Positions 11,546-23,406 of a stretch of 64,000 nucleotides of DNA are shown here, one piece after another. The notes below the pieces were generated by a model. That model had not been told where the DNA came from, did not search any database, and saw nothing but the letters and a program-made list of their open reading frames with translations. Position 1 is the first letter of the stretch, and the number at the start of each line of letters is the position of its first letter. The stretch spans positions 2,204,453 to 2,268,452 of the forward strand of contig ML978122.1 in NCBI GenBank assembly GCA_010015805.1, written 5' to 3'. Source of the DNA: Rhizodiscina lignyota (taxonomy: Eukaryota). A program made the position numbers and the translations under genes.

Positions 11546-12607
11546 ATGGCTGACTTGGAACATCCGACGAAGGCTGGCCTGTCCCTTCCATCTCATCCAA
11601 CCCCAGTATATACCTGTTTGCGGCGTGTCTCTCATCCGCCTACCCCTAAAGAGACCCAATTCCCCGCTTACCAACAGACGCTCGAACCGCATATTCGCCG
11701 ATCGTCTCTTGCACACTCTCACGGCCATGGGGCAGCGGACGAAGACACACGCGCGTGCACACACAGGCACGGGTACTCGCTGCGTACATCTGCAAGCCCA
11801 TCGCTCGCACGGAAGATTGCCAAAGACAAGGGCGAAGTACCGTCGGAGATCCCGCAAACGTCACTTGCGGCAAAAGGGGCATGGAGGATGCTGACCCATT
11901 ACACGCGCGATGTATCGTTGATAAAGATGCGAACTGCGAACGCCCAATGGCTCACTAGCGTCGATGCCAACATGATTGCGGCAGCGATCGTACGGGAGAG
12001 AGCAGAATGTGAGGTGCTTGAGCGAGAGAGGAAAGATCGCGGGAGAAACCGCAGCGAGTCGATATTCTCCAAAGGCCAGTCGAGCGAGAGTAAGAAGGAA
12101 TCGGAAGGGGAGGAAGTATCGGACAGTTCAACTAATAGGAAAAGCGGGCTTGTGGCGGATAGAGTCCGGGAATTCGAGGTCAGGAAGTCGTTAGATGCAG
12201 ATTCGGAAAACGTGCCACACTCGAAAGTCAACGGTTTCGAAGCTAGTAGCACCGTTGGGACGTCGACAGGCGATGTACTGCGCGAGAGCATGTACGACGA
12301 GCTTTCGACCTCTCCTCCGCTGTCGTCAAGCACTGCTCAGCAGATGTTCCTCAAAACAGCGGAGAAATTCTCCGAGCAACGTAAGAAAACGAGTATAGAC
12401 GAAAGAAGGCTGATACATGAAGCAGCATGGTGCTGGATAGAGTCGCATCTGGACCACTACGCGAAGGTGTTCAGGAACAATATGGAGAATCCAAGAGCTT
12501 CGAAGACGATTATGTGGGAACAATTGGTGGAGTTAAGGAAGCGGAAAGATGAACTGGAAGAAGAGCGGAAAGTCAACAAATTGTTTAGGAAGGAGAAAGG
12601 TGCATAG
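11546..12607 (+). CDS. Hypothetical protein, charged and low-complexity, possible coiled-coil C-terminus
   Basis: Uninterrupted ORF of about 353 aa from MADLEHP; no family recognised. Confidence 0.6.
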   Translation: MADLEHPTKAGLSLPSHPTPVYTCLRRVSHPPTPKETQFPAYQQTLEPHIRRSSLAHSHGHGAADEDTRACTHRHGYSLRTSASPSLARKIAKDKGEVPSEIPQTSLAAKGAWRMLTHYTRDVSLIKMRTANAQWLTSVDANMIAAAIVRERAECEVLERERKDRGRNRSESIFSKGQSSESKKESEGEEVSDSSTNRKSGLVADRVREFEVRKSLDADSENVPHSKVNGFEASSTVGTSTGDVLRESMYDELSTSPPLSSSTAQQMFLKTAEKFSEQRKKTSIDERRLIHEAAWCWIESHLDHYAKVFRNNMENPRASKTIMWEQLVELRKRKDELEEERKVNKLFRKEKGA

Positions 12608-12831
12608 TGAGGAAGACAGCATTCTAGTAACCTCCGGGATATAGGGATATTCCAATATGTAAGACAACCCAGTCTTCTGAAATATCGCACAGCTGCCACA
12701 TGTCGGAGGGTCTGAGAAAAGGGCGGGTTTTAACAGTCAATGTATGTAAGGAGAAGAACCTCTGGGTTCATTGGGTATCTATTGACTGACCATTCATCAT
12801 TCCATTCCGATACTCCTATTGAAAATGCCGA

Positions 12832-13984
12832 CTATTTTGCACCTTTTCCCTTAGCTTCTGCTTCTCCCATCTCCCTGATGAAGACCTTGACTACGCCGTC
12901 CACAACGTCATTCTTGGCGTCTTCAAAGCCAGGGCTGATTCCTACAGCCAAGTATTTGCCGTCGCTTGAGAAAGACAAGCTTGCTATGCTCGAATTGTAG
13001 CGCTGATACTGCCTGATCCTCCTCTTCGCGAGCCCATCCCACAGAGCCACCACACCATCGCCTCCACCGGATGCGAAAGTCCCGTGGACTGGATGGAATG
13101 TTAAGGCGTTCACTGGATACACCACATCGACTCCATCTTGTTGCTGACGATGGCACTTGAATGCGTATTTCCTCGCCTGCGACTGTTCCGATGGGTCAAA
13201 CCACTCTACCGCAATGCGGCCTTCTATGCTGCTGCTTGCGTATCCTGCGTCATCCGGCATACATGCTACTGCGCGAGTCATAAACTTCATGCTACTTTCT
13301 CGGCGTTGCCATGGCTCCACCTCGAGGTTGTTTGGAGGACCTTGTGAGGATTGAGACGCAAGGAGCGCGAGCGATTTGAGATCGTAGATGTTGACTGCAC
13401 GGGCGGCCATGGCGACGACCAGTTTTGTTTCGGTACTTGAGAGGGAAAATGGCTTGTTTGGAAGATGGATCGTATTCGGCGTGTGAGAAGGCTTCGAGGG
13501 GAAATGGATGTGGAGAGTGGAATCCCATGAGGCGGAGACGAGGACTTTGTGGTCGAGGCTGTAGACAACAGACTTGACACCTGCGCCATGAGAACTGAGT
13601 ACTGTTTGCTCACCAGTCTCGAGGTTTATCCTACAATATACAGGTTAGTTATGCAGATTTTGGCTACGAAGTAAACAGACCTCTTAACATCCCAGTCCAA
13701 TCCAGCGCTGAAAGCCTCATTTTCATCTTTGCCCCAGCAGACGTCTAACACGGGTGCGCGGTGCTCGAACTTTGCGATGAGTTTGCCACCAGACTCTTCG
13801 TGAGTGTCGTAGAGGTAGACATGTCTATCCCACGAGGATACCAGAAGACGCGTCGATGAACCTGGCGCGAACTTCACGGCGGATATCACGTCGGACGGCG
13901 GCTCCGAGAGCTCGAATTGGCCCATAGCTGAGTGTCAGCGACGGAGAACGGAGTTATTGGAAGGAGGAAATTACCTTGACTCAT
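12832..13984 (-). CDS. BUB3: Spindle checkpoint WD40 protein Bub3; 3 exons
   Basis: ATG AGT CAA G|gtaa micro-exon; PPSDVISAVKF, LLVSSWD, RESSMKFMTRAVACMP, SSIEGRIAVEWFD, KYAFKCHR, YPVNALTFHP.HGTFASGGGDG. Confidence 0.92.
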
Positions 13985-14348
13985 ATTGATTTAAATAATA
14001 GTGTGTGTTGAGGAAGGCGCGGTCCTCTTCACAGTTTCTTCATTCACAGAGCGTTGCCAAGGCCGCCGCCTCCACGCGTAAAATTGGCGAAGTCTTAACG
14101 TCAATTCACATGTTCAACTCATCACTATCATCGCAACAGACTTTATTACAGTCTCCCTCAATTAAAGGAGTCTCTTCTTCGGCTTGAACTGTCGTGTACC
14201 TGTGCGTTGGGTCACAGTGGAAGCCAACTCAGAGCTACGTCTGCTTTTGCATCATATCCTGCCATGGGCTCCATTAGCTCTATACTCAACACCGTTTTCT
14301 GAGTTATTTCATGTCTTATTCATCTATATCTACAAGTAGTGTTTCTAT

Positions 14349-15236
14349 TCAATCTTCCACATCGTACCGCCAAAGCTTCCTCGGATTTTCGACCCAGATC
14401 TTACGGATAAGGCTCTCATCCCCGTCACACCAGTCAATGCATTGCTTGACAAATCCAATGTCGTCAATTTTCCGGTAATCTTGGTGTATATGTCTGTTTC
14501 CACCTGGGTTTGCCTCTACTGACCCTGAATGTGGCCAATCACTCGCCCAAACGATACGATCGGGAGCTGTCTGGATGATTCCACGGCAATACGAGTCCAT
14601 ATCTGGCAGCTTCGGGAATCGATATGTCCCGCTCAGTTTGATCCAAATTTCTTTCTTTCGTAGACTCTCCATCAGCTCAGCGTAGCCTTCCTGTCCAGAC
14701 GCTGGCCTTGACTGGTCGGGATGTCCAACGTGATCTATGCAAACGTCTACTCCCAATTTCGGGATCTCATCGGCGATAATGGCAAATTGGCGAAGAGCCA
14801 TGTACAGTTGCAGGACCCAATTTCGACTTCTGATCTTGTCGGCGTACAAACGGAGCAATTTCGCAAATGTCGCCTTGTCGAGATCAACACCTCCAGTCTT
14901 AATATTCAATCGAGCCCCTCGTACTCCGGCGCTATGCAATGCGTCAAGCTCTTCTTCGGTAATCTTCTCTGGATCCAGCAGAACAACGGCTCTTCCTTTA
15001 CCCTTCAGGTCATTCATAGCCTCGATCGTAATGCGATTGTCGTTTCCGTACGTCGATATGTTGATGATGCAGACATGATCAATTCCTAGCGTGCTTTCGA
15101 ACCGGAGTAGATCGTTTAAGTCAGCTTTCTTTGGTCGATAGAGGTAGTCGGGATCGAATGGATAGCGCTCTTCATCCACGACGTGAACATGCGAATCCCA
15201 TGACCCGGGGGGCAGTTTATAGTTTCCAATTGTCAT
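14349..15236 (-). CDS. Amidohydrolase_2 family lactonase (LigI / COG3618-like)
   Basis: WDSHVHV, YGNDN, GVRGARLN, IDHVGHP, IKLSGTYR and WASDWPH motifs. Confidence 0.85.
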   Translation of the reverse strand: MTIGNYKLPPGSWDSHVHVVDEERYPFDPDYLYRPKKADLNDLLRFESTLGIDHVCIINISTYGNDNRITIEAMNDLKGKGRAVVLLDPEKITEEELDALHSAGVRGARLNIKTGGVDLDKATFAKLLRLYADKIRSRNWVLQLYMALRQFAIIADEIPKLGVDVCIDHVGHPDQSRPASGQEGYAELMESLRKKEIWIKLSGTYRFPKLPDMDSYCRGIIQTAPDRIVWASDWPHSGSVEANPGGNRHIHQDYRKIDDIGFVKQCIDWCDGDESLIRKIWVENPRKLWRYDVED

Positions 15237-15837
15237 GGTGGCAATTCGTGCACAGTTTTATTTATGTCACACTTCAAATGAGTCGAACTGAAGAGGAGTA
15301 TCTTGACTAATTTCGCAGATGTCGCCCAATTTAGCACCTGACACTTCTGAGATTTGATATTTAAGGAGTCTGATTTTGGTCCAGTGCTAACTAACCGTAG
15401 TCCGACGGACCTTGCGAAAATCGGCTTAGCATCCACTGTCCTGCCTGCACATCTACAGGTTTACGGCCTTCAATGTGCCGCGAACATACGGAGTCCTCCT
15501 CGGAAAACCCGTGCTCTTTTCCACAGGATTCAACCCAGTTGTATGGAACTCTTACCACACAAGACGATCTTCACTCCGTATGGCCGCGGGCCGCCAGCTT
15601 CCCCGCAAAAGTACACTCGGATCCATGCATCCGGAGGCTCGACAACCACGCAGGAGATCTTGGCAGTCAGGTGTTTGCAAATCACGACGCGAGAAGATGA
15701 GTCGCGACGGGGAGTTATGCAGTAGGGGTAGGCTGCAGAGTGCCGGCCATTTGCAGGATTGAATAATTCTAAAGTAAAAGGAGCCATGTTCACTTCCATT
15801 AGTAGTATATCTCACGCTCTCTTCATTCAGAGTCAAA

Positions 15838-17668
15838 ATGGTAGACAAAGGCAACGTTCACGTTGAAGATGCTCCTAACAATGGAGCCGTAAATACTATA
15901 GATGAAGAATATGGCGAGAAGAAAGATTTACAATATGCGTCGGAAGAAATCCAGCAGCAAACGCAGGTTCTTGATTCACCGGAGAATTTAGAACGCATTC
16001 GACGCTACTTGTGGAAATTGGACTATATCATTCTACCTACCATCTCAGCTCTGTACTTCTTCGAATATCTCGGTGAGTGAGCGATACTCTCGTTATTAAG
16101 TGGTCGACGATGCTGACTGATTTTAGACCGTGGCAATATTGCAGTAAGTGCGCTTTGAAGAGATTGGACCAGTTCTGAGGCTTACGTCCGAACAGAACGC
16201 AAAGCTACTCGGCATCGCCAATGGACACGATACAAAATTGGACGGCGTTGGCTCTGGGACCACAGCACTTAATGCAACGCAGTGGGAGACTGTGATTATG
16301 ATTTTTTATGTTGGACTTATCCTATTTCAAGTTCCCGGATGCATTGGTTATCGTATTTTCTCTCCGTCTAAGGTGCGTTTGAAGCACAAGCAATCAAATT
16401 AGGATCTAAAGCAGCTACGCTAACTTGTCTCAGTGGATTGCCTTTACTGTATGCTCCTGGTGCGTCGTTGTACTGTTTCAATGTCTTTGCTCGAGCTACG
16501 GTGGCCTACTTGCATGCCGCATTCTCCTGGGGACCTTCGAGGGCTTGTTCGGCACCGGAATTGTGTACTACCTATCCCTCTGGTACAGAAGAGACGAAAT
16601 GGGCTTGCGCGTATTCTGGTTCTTGGGACCTACAGCAATCGCGGGCGCTTTTGGGGGCCTGATTTCGTACGGCTGCGGCAAAATTGCATCTTCGATTCCC
16701 AAATGGAAGATTCTTTTCCTGATTGAAGGCCTGCCTGGATTCTGTCTCGGAGCGTTCTGTCTGTACTGGTTGCCAGATCGGCCGTTGAAGAACTCGCGGT
16801 TTACCAAAGATGAAAAAGTGATCGCAAAAGCGAGGTACTACCACGAGTCGTTTGACAGGGCTGGAGCTATTTCCTGGAAGCATGCCCGCTTGACTGCTAC
16901 GGACTGGAAGCTGTACGCCCAAGGTAAGTAATAACCTCATCTGATGGATCCATGGAGCCTGACAACTTAAAAGCTGCGATCTACCTACCAACCGCTGCGC
17001 TATTATCATCCATTAGTGGTTTTCTACCTAGTATCGTGCAAGATTTAGGCTACAAATCTCCAACGAGTGCGAATCTGATGACCGTCCCGCCTTACGCATG
17101 CGCTTTTGCGTTAATGTTCACGACATCGTGGACATCAGATCGTTTCAAGGAGCGTGGTATCCATATCACGATTCTCGCGTCGATCGCAGCAATATGCTAT
17201 GTCTGCCTTGCGACATTGTCAGAGGACCAGCTGCATGCCAAATATGGTCTTATGGTATGTGCCGTATGCGGAAACCATTCTCTCCCAAAACACTAACACG
17301 CTCTGTAGTGCATCGCTGTCTCTTGTGTGTACAGCACATATCCGCCGAGCCACGCGTGGGCAGCCAACAACTTTGGTAACGAGACAAAACGAGCTATCGG
17401 TATGGGCATGTACACAGCGATTGGCAATATGGGCTCCATTGCCGGATCCTTCTTCTACCCGTCCACTGAAGCGCCACTTTTCCGAAAGGGACACTGGCTC
17501 TGCTTCGCAATGTCGGTCGCGACCGCCGTTATTTCGCTATCAAACAGCTTGGTTCTCCGCGCAGTCAATAAGCGTCGTGATAGGCTATACGGAAAGCCAC
17601 TAGAAGGAGTACCAGTCGATGTCAGCGAGGATGCGGACAAGAACAAGATGTTCAGATTCATCACATGA
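15838..17668 (+). CDS. MFS transporter, anion:cation symporter (Tna1/Dal5-like) family; multi-exon
   Basis: KLDYIILP...YLDRGNI, RILLGTFEG, YLSLWYRRDE, W.ILFLIEG, LPDRP...F, ANLMTVPPY, WAANN...TKRA, FRFIT* tail. Confidence 0.9.
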
Positions 17669-17752
17669 TTAGGAACACGAAGATTCGTAGCTTTTCATTG
17701 CAGAAAAGGCGGTTGAGAATACTATGTACATAGGCAACGCAACCTTCGAGAA

Positions 17753-18706
17753 TCATACAATTCTTCCGGGCACGTCCTTGCCCTCCAATAATGCCAGCAC
17801 AGTCTCGACACTTGCAAGACCACTACGAACTTGATTCTCAATGGTCGATCCACCAATATGAGGGGTCATGATAACATTCTCGCACTTCAAAAGCCCATCT
17901 CCATATGCTGACATTGTCGGAGGCTCGTAGTCCATTGCGTCTAGTCCTGCTCCGCCCAGCTTATCCTCCTGCAGAGCCTTGAGCAACGCTGCTTCGTCAA
18001 CCACGCCTCCTCTTGCAGCATTGATCAAAATGGCATCCTTCTTCATCAATGCCATTTCCTTCTCACCAATCATGTGTTTCGTCTGGGGAGTCAGAGGCAC
18101 ATGCAGCGTCACCACATCCGACTCCTTCAATAGCTCGTCCATTTGTTGCACTCTCGTGTGCGGGATGTCTTTCCATTCCGGTGCAATTGGATCGTACCCG
18201 ATGACCTTTCCCTCCATAGCTCCTATCCACTTCTTCGCAATGACTTTCCCAATATTCCCCATGCCGATGACGCCGAGGGTCTTGCCATACAAGCTCTTGC
18301 CAAGCGCTTTACTCCTGACAATCTTCTCGCCGCTGCGTATGCGCCGATCAAACTCAGACAGGCGACGTGATATGGACAACGCTAGACCCAAGGTGAGTTC
18401 AGCGACGGCTTCGCTGTTGAGTCCGGGAGTATTGGCAACAGCGATTCCATACTTCTTCGCATCTTCAAGATTGACATTGTCAATGCCGACGCCCTGCTTG
18501 ACGACTGCTTTCAGCTTCTTTGCCTTTGAGAATTCCGCTTCGCCTAGTCGTGTCTCTGAGCGGATGAGAAGTGCATCTGCATCTTCCTGCCAGTTTGATT
18601 TACGAGGGTCTGTGTAAATGATGGATTCGACTGACGAATTTGACTGGAGCAAATCAATCGCGTCTTGGTAGTACGGATCCACCATATACACTTTTGGCTT
18701 CGACAT
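17753..18706 (-). CDS. D-isomer-specific 2-hydroxyacid dehydrogenase (PGDH-like, no ACT domain)
   Basis: GVGIDNV, NSEAVAE, GKTLGVIGMGNIG, TLHVPLT, INAARGGVVDE, LDAMDYEP and TPHIGG. Confidence 0.9.
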   Translation of the reverse strand: MSKPKVYMVDPYYQDAIDLLQSNSSVESIIYTDPRKSNWQEDADALLIRSETRLGEAEFSKAKKLKAVVKQGVGIDNVNLEDAKKYGIAVANTPGLNSEAVAELTLGLALSISRRLSEFDRRIRSGEKIVRSKALGKSLYGKTLGVIGMGNIGKVIAKKWIGAMEGKVIGYDPIAPEWKDIPHTRVQQMDELLKESDVVTLHVPLTPQTKHMIGEKEMALMKKDAILINAARGGVVDEAALLKALQEDKLGGAGLDAMDYEPPTMSAYGDGLLKCENVIMTPHIGGSTIENQVRSGLASVETVLALLEGKDVPGRIV

Positions 18707-19201
18707 GATGTGGATAGGTCCTAAAATATTGCAATTTCACCACTTTGAAAGTTGAGTATCAGACGGTTTCGGTCGCGTGACGGCCTTCTGTGCACCCCGT
18801 TTCTAAGATTCTTCCCAGTGCCTTACTCGTGTATCGAATCCTCACGCAAGCCAAGGGATGATTCAGCCTCAAAGGTTAATAAATTAGTATCTTAAATCAT
18901 CTCGCTGCCTATTTCAGATACGCATTCAACGTTCCGATTTAAATTGGCTGCGTGCTTCCGGAGTTGAAGTGATGCTCGCGACTCAGAACACCGACTTTAG
19001 CGGATGGTCTCGCTCCGTTTTTGACAACTCCTAGATCGGAGCAGCTTCGAGTCTGCAAGTCGCCATATCTGCACGGAATATCTTATGACGAATGTTTAAA
19101 GTCGGCTTGACGCGTCTTCCGGGATATTCGCGCGTCGTTTGAGAGAAGAGACAAACCTTCACTTTTAGGTCTCAAAACTAAGAAAGAGAAATCTTGCAAT
19201 C

Positions 19202-20060
19202 ATGGCGTCCGATCCCATAGTAGAGGAGTTGAAGAAATTCACGACGTTCGTAATTTTCATATTGAAGCTCAATTGAATTGGTGGTGAAGATGTCTGACAA
19301 TTTGCTAGGTGTGATGTTTCCGATGCTCTTATCAAGCTCAAGTATCCTCACGGAGGATTCCTCCCTGATATCACCATGTTCTCGCCTCAGCGCATGGACG
19401 GCGATTGCAAGATAGTCGGCCCAGCATACACTGTTCGCTATGTCCGCAAGACCTATGATTTCGAACCGAGTCCAACCGAACACTACGTAAGTCACAGCTG
19501 GGTCGGGTTATGGCTACACAGGAATCTAACAATTGCCCAGATAGACGGCGTACCGAAGGGCGCAGTCGTCTTCCTATCAACACCGGCAGGAACCGTGAAT
19601 GCTGTATACGGTGGACTGATGAGCACACGAGCGAAGGCTTGTGGCGCGGTAGGATCAGTGATAGATGGCAGAGTGCGCGATTTGCAGGAGCATCGCGGCC
19701 TCAACTACCCCATATTTGCAAAGTCTGTCGGAACCCCACCGCCTACTGAAGTGGTTCGGGTAGCAGAGGTCTGTACTGAAAGTCTGAACGTAAGATACGC
19801 TTGCTGATAAGTCCAAGGTAAATGGCACTGTACGGTTCCAAAACGAAGGCATGGATGTACCGATCAATGCAGGTGACTACATCATCGGTGACTTGAATGG
19901 CGTCGTTTGCCTGCCGAGAGAATTGGCTAAGAAAGCACTGGAGCTCATGCCGTCGCAACTCGAGGCAGATGAGAAGATGGCGGAGGATATCTTAAGCGGC
20001 CTCACTTATACCGAAGCGGCTAACAAGCACAGAGCACATGTCAAGTACCCTAAATTGTAA
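19202..20060 (+). CDS. RraA-like HMG/CHA aldolase-oxaloacetate decarboxylase family protein (YER010C/LigK-like); 4 exons
   Basis: Spliced MASDPIVEELKKFTT|CDVSDAL; GPAYTV, AVYGGLMSTRA, VIDGRVRDLQE, GDYIIGDLNGVV. Confidence 0.88.
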
Positions 20061-20116
20061 AGCAGCCTTAGATATTCAATTGGCGTAAGCCAGAGGGTAT
20101 AGATAAAGGATCGAGT

Positions 20117-21238
20117 TCAAGATACCAACTTTGCATCACATCCCCATTCCGCTGCTGTCTTGTGTAACGCATCGATCTCTCCTTTCGTGAATGCCACACC
20201 CTTTTCTCGATTTTCTTTCTCTTTGATGAACTCGATCTCCCCTGGAGTATATATTCTGTCGACTCCGGCAGCTTTCTCACTCTCTCTTACTGTCTTCATT
20301 AGCGTTTCCATTCGGTCGTAGTACTCGTCCATGGAATCAAGGAACATGTCTGGTTTGAAGACCATGAACCAGTGGCCAACCCCATGCTTCTTGTCAAGCA
20401 CCTTGTACTGGTCTTGGACATTGCCAGCAAAGCTTGCGCCCGTGAGTAATCCGCCGAATATATCCATCATCATGGCAATTCCAGAGCCCTTCGGACCCCC
20501 AATCGGCAAAACGACTCCCCCATTCAACGCTGCTGCGGCATCGGTTGTATGTCGACCTTCAGCATCAAGAGCCCAACCTTCAGGGATTGGTTCTCCTCGC
20601 CTTGCTGCTTTGCGTATTTTGCCCTGCTAGCGGTCAGTCTCATATGGCTCCTACGGTCCGGAAAACCTTACTCGTGCGACTACAGATGGCGACATATCAA
20701 GGGTCCAATGATCTCCGTTCTTTCCAGGTAGTCCGACTGCAAATGGGCTTGTTCCTAATAGAGCCTCTTTACTTCCCCATGCTGGCATGCTCCTCGACGC
20801 ATTCGTGAATACCATAGCCCCCATCTCATTTTCAATTGCTTTTAATAAGTAAGTGGCCGCCATTCCAAAATGGCCACTATCCTTCACGGCACAAATTCCA
20901 ACGCCATAGATCTTGGCCATCTCCACTGCTTTGCTGACAGCCAGATTCGCCGCAACGAAGCCGAACGTATTCTTCGCATCCAAGACCGCCATGACCGGTG
21001 ATTTAGAGACGAAAGAAAGCTGAGGCGAAGGGTCCAACACGCCGGCTTTTACGCGTTGTAAATAGACTGGTACACGGTTTACACCATGAGTGTCGACGCC
21101 TCGGAGATCAGCCAAAGTAAGTGAATCTGCAATTAATGATGCATGCTCTGGCGGTACGCCTGCGGCTTGAAAGATGGAAGTTACAAAAGAATGAATAGAG
21201 GAAGGCGGAACGCGTACGAGTTCCGATTGTGTCGCCAT
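20117..21238 (-). CDS. Ldh_2 family (type-2 malate/L-lactate/ureidoglycolate/sulfolactate dehydrogenase-like) oxidoreductase; intron about 20627-20670
   Basis: ADLRGVDTHG, DAKNTFG, SGHFGMA, GTSP, LDMSPSVVAR|GKI, PIGGPKGSG and YTPGE. Confidence 0.9.
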
Positions 21239-21931
21239 TTTGTATACCAATTGGTTTTTCTAGAAGATGTCGCGTGCTTGGTTCATTACTGACTATTAGG
21301 AGAAACACATGTACGCGGTCATAATTTGACACAAAGGGCATTCACGCCGAAGTCGGCAAGGCTCAAAAAGCCCCAGAAATAATATATGCTAGGATTGAGT
21401 CAAGACCAATATGGAATGAGAAGAGCTGGTTCGAGTGCTCAGAGCAGAGGCGGATTGTAATGATCCGTACGGAAAAGTTTCCGATCTGTTTAAGCTCGGG
21501 AGCATACAACCCACCGGAGAACGACGCTGCTTGGACAGAGACGAGTTACAACCGAGAAATAGGGTAGAATCAGTTCGAAGGTACCATATCTACGCTCGTG
21601 ATTCCATGGGATCGTAGTTCGACGCGTGTATGAGATCGCGAAAGGAGAAACCACTTGACGTTAAGATTGAGCACGCTCTAATGGGAGTAGCCAATATTAG
21701 TGCATCTTCTATAGCAGAAGAAAAACGTATTATTCTTTCATCAACGAGAGTTTGTCCAAATGCACACGCGTGAAGAGTATCCTCCAGGGCAAGCGCCAAG
21801 CGGCCAAGATGCTTGAGGCATTTGCCGCTGCCGCGTCTAAAACGCCACAATCGTCGAGCGCGCGTCTATGACGTCGATCTTTAATCTGCGCTTCTGCGCG
21901 GCGAACGTTCGCATTCAACAATCTTTACATC

Positions 21932-23174
21932 ATGCCTTTCGCACAGCTAGTGATCGGGCCTCCTGGCTCTGGCAAGTCGACATACTGCGATGGCCTGCAC
22001 CAGTTCATGTCTGCAATCGGTCGTCCCTGTTCCGTCGTCAATCTCGATCCTGCAAACGATCATGTTTCGTACAAAGCTGCCCTGGATGTCCGAGATTTGG
22101 TGTCTCTAGAAGAAGTGATGGAAGCAGAAGAATTGGGCCCGAATGGCGGTATTCTATACGGATTGGAGGAGCTTGAGCATAACTTTGAGTGGCTCGAGGA
22201 AGGACTCAAGCAGCTAGGCGACGACTATGTCTTGTTCGACTGCCCCGGCCAAGTGGAGCTCTTCACGCATCACTCCTCGTTGCGAAACGTATTCTTCCGT
22301 TTGCAAAAGCTCGGGTACAGAGTCCGCTCTCCCATATCTGCACGCCCCTTCATTATTTACAAATCACAAGAAATATTTTACTAACGTTGCACAGCTCGTA
22401 GTCATTAACTTAATCGATTCCTACGTTCTCACACAGCCATCATTATACATCTCGGCACTCCTGCTAGCTCTGCGGAGCATGCTGCAAATGGACCTCCCAC
22501 ATCTTAACGTCCTCACGAAGATCGATAATCTCGCCTCATATCCACCACTAAACTTCAACCTCGACTTCTACACTGAGGTGCAAGACCTCAATTATCTGCT
22601 CCCATACCTTGATGCAGAGCGACCGCATCTGGCGACTGCAGGCGCAAAGACTTCAAGTAGTGAGAAAGCGAAGAAAGAATCGAACGAGGAAGGCCAAGAA
22701 GCAGAATCGGATCCACCACCCTCCAAATTCCATGCTCTCAACGCGGCGATAATCGAGCTTGTCACAGACTTTGGCCTAGTCGGCTTCGAAACACTTGCAG
22801 TAGAGGATCGCCAATCTATGGCAACACTCTTGCGTGCTGTCGATCGCGCTGGTGGATATGCCTTTGGACCAGCAGAAGGTGCAAACAGCACGGTGTGGGA
22901 GGTGGCGATGCGAGAAGGCGCGACAACAATGGAACCTCGAGATGTGCAGGAGCGTTGGATAGACCGTAGAGAAGAGTTTGATGAGTTGGAGCGCAAGCAG
23001 TGGGAAGAAGAGGGTAAGGCTTTGAGAGGGGGCCCCGCTGCAGAACAAGAAGAGCAGGATCAAAAGATGGAGAATCAGCTCGATGAAGATAGCGATCCAG
23101 AGATGAGACAGTTGCGAAATGTTCCCCTGCAGGATTCCGGCATCAAGATTATCAGAAAAGATGATCCGAGATGA
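21932..23174 (+). CDS. GPN2: GPN-loop GTPase 2; intron about 22322-22395
   Basis: MPFAQLVIGPPGSGKSTYC, VVNLDPAND, LGPNGG, FDCPGQVELFTH, HLNVLTKID. Confidence 0.92.
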
Positions 23175-23406
23175 CATTAGAAGGAGACCTGTATCTTGAC
23201 TATGGCAAGTCTCAGAGGCGATACATTTGTTTCATCTGGCAATCCTTATTTTGTTCATTGGGGCTGTGTTTTCTTGATAAGGACTATCTGAATCATTAAG
23301 CTAAGCTTTCAGACGCTTTTGCTTATGTTGGACAGCAACGTCTTTATCATTCTAACCCTTTCGACCATCGAGCTTCAATTGCTGTCTCATCCTATCTCAA
23401 AACCAA

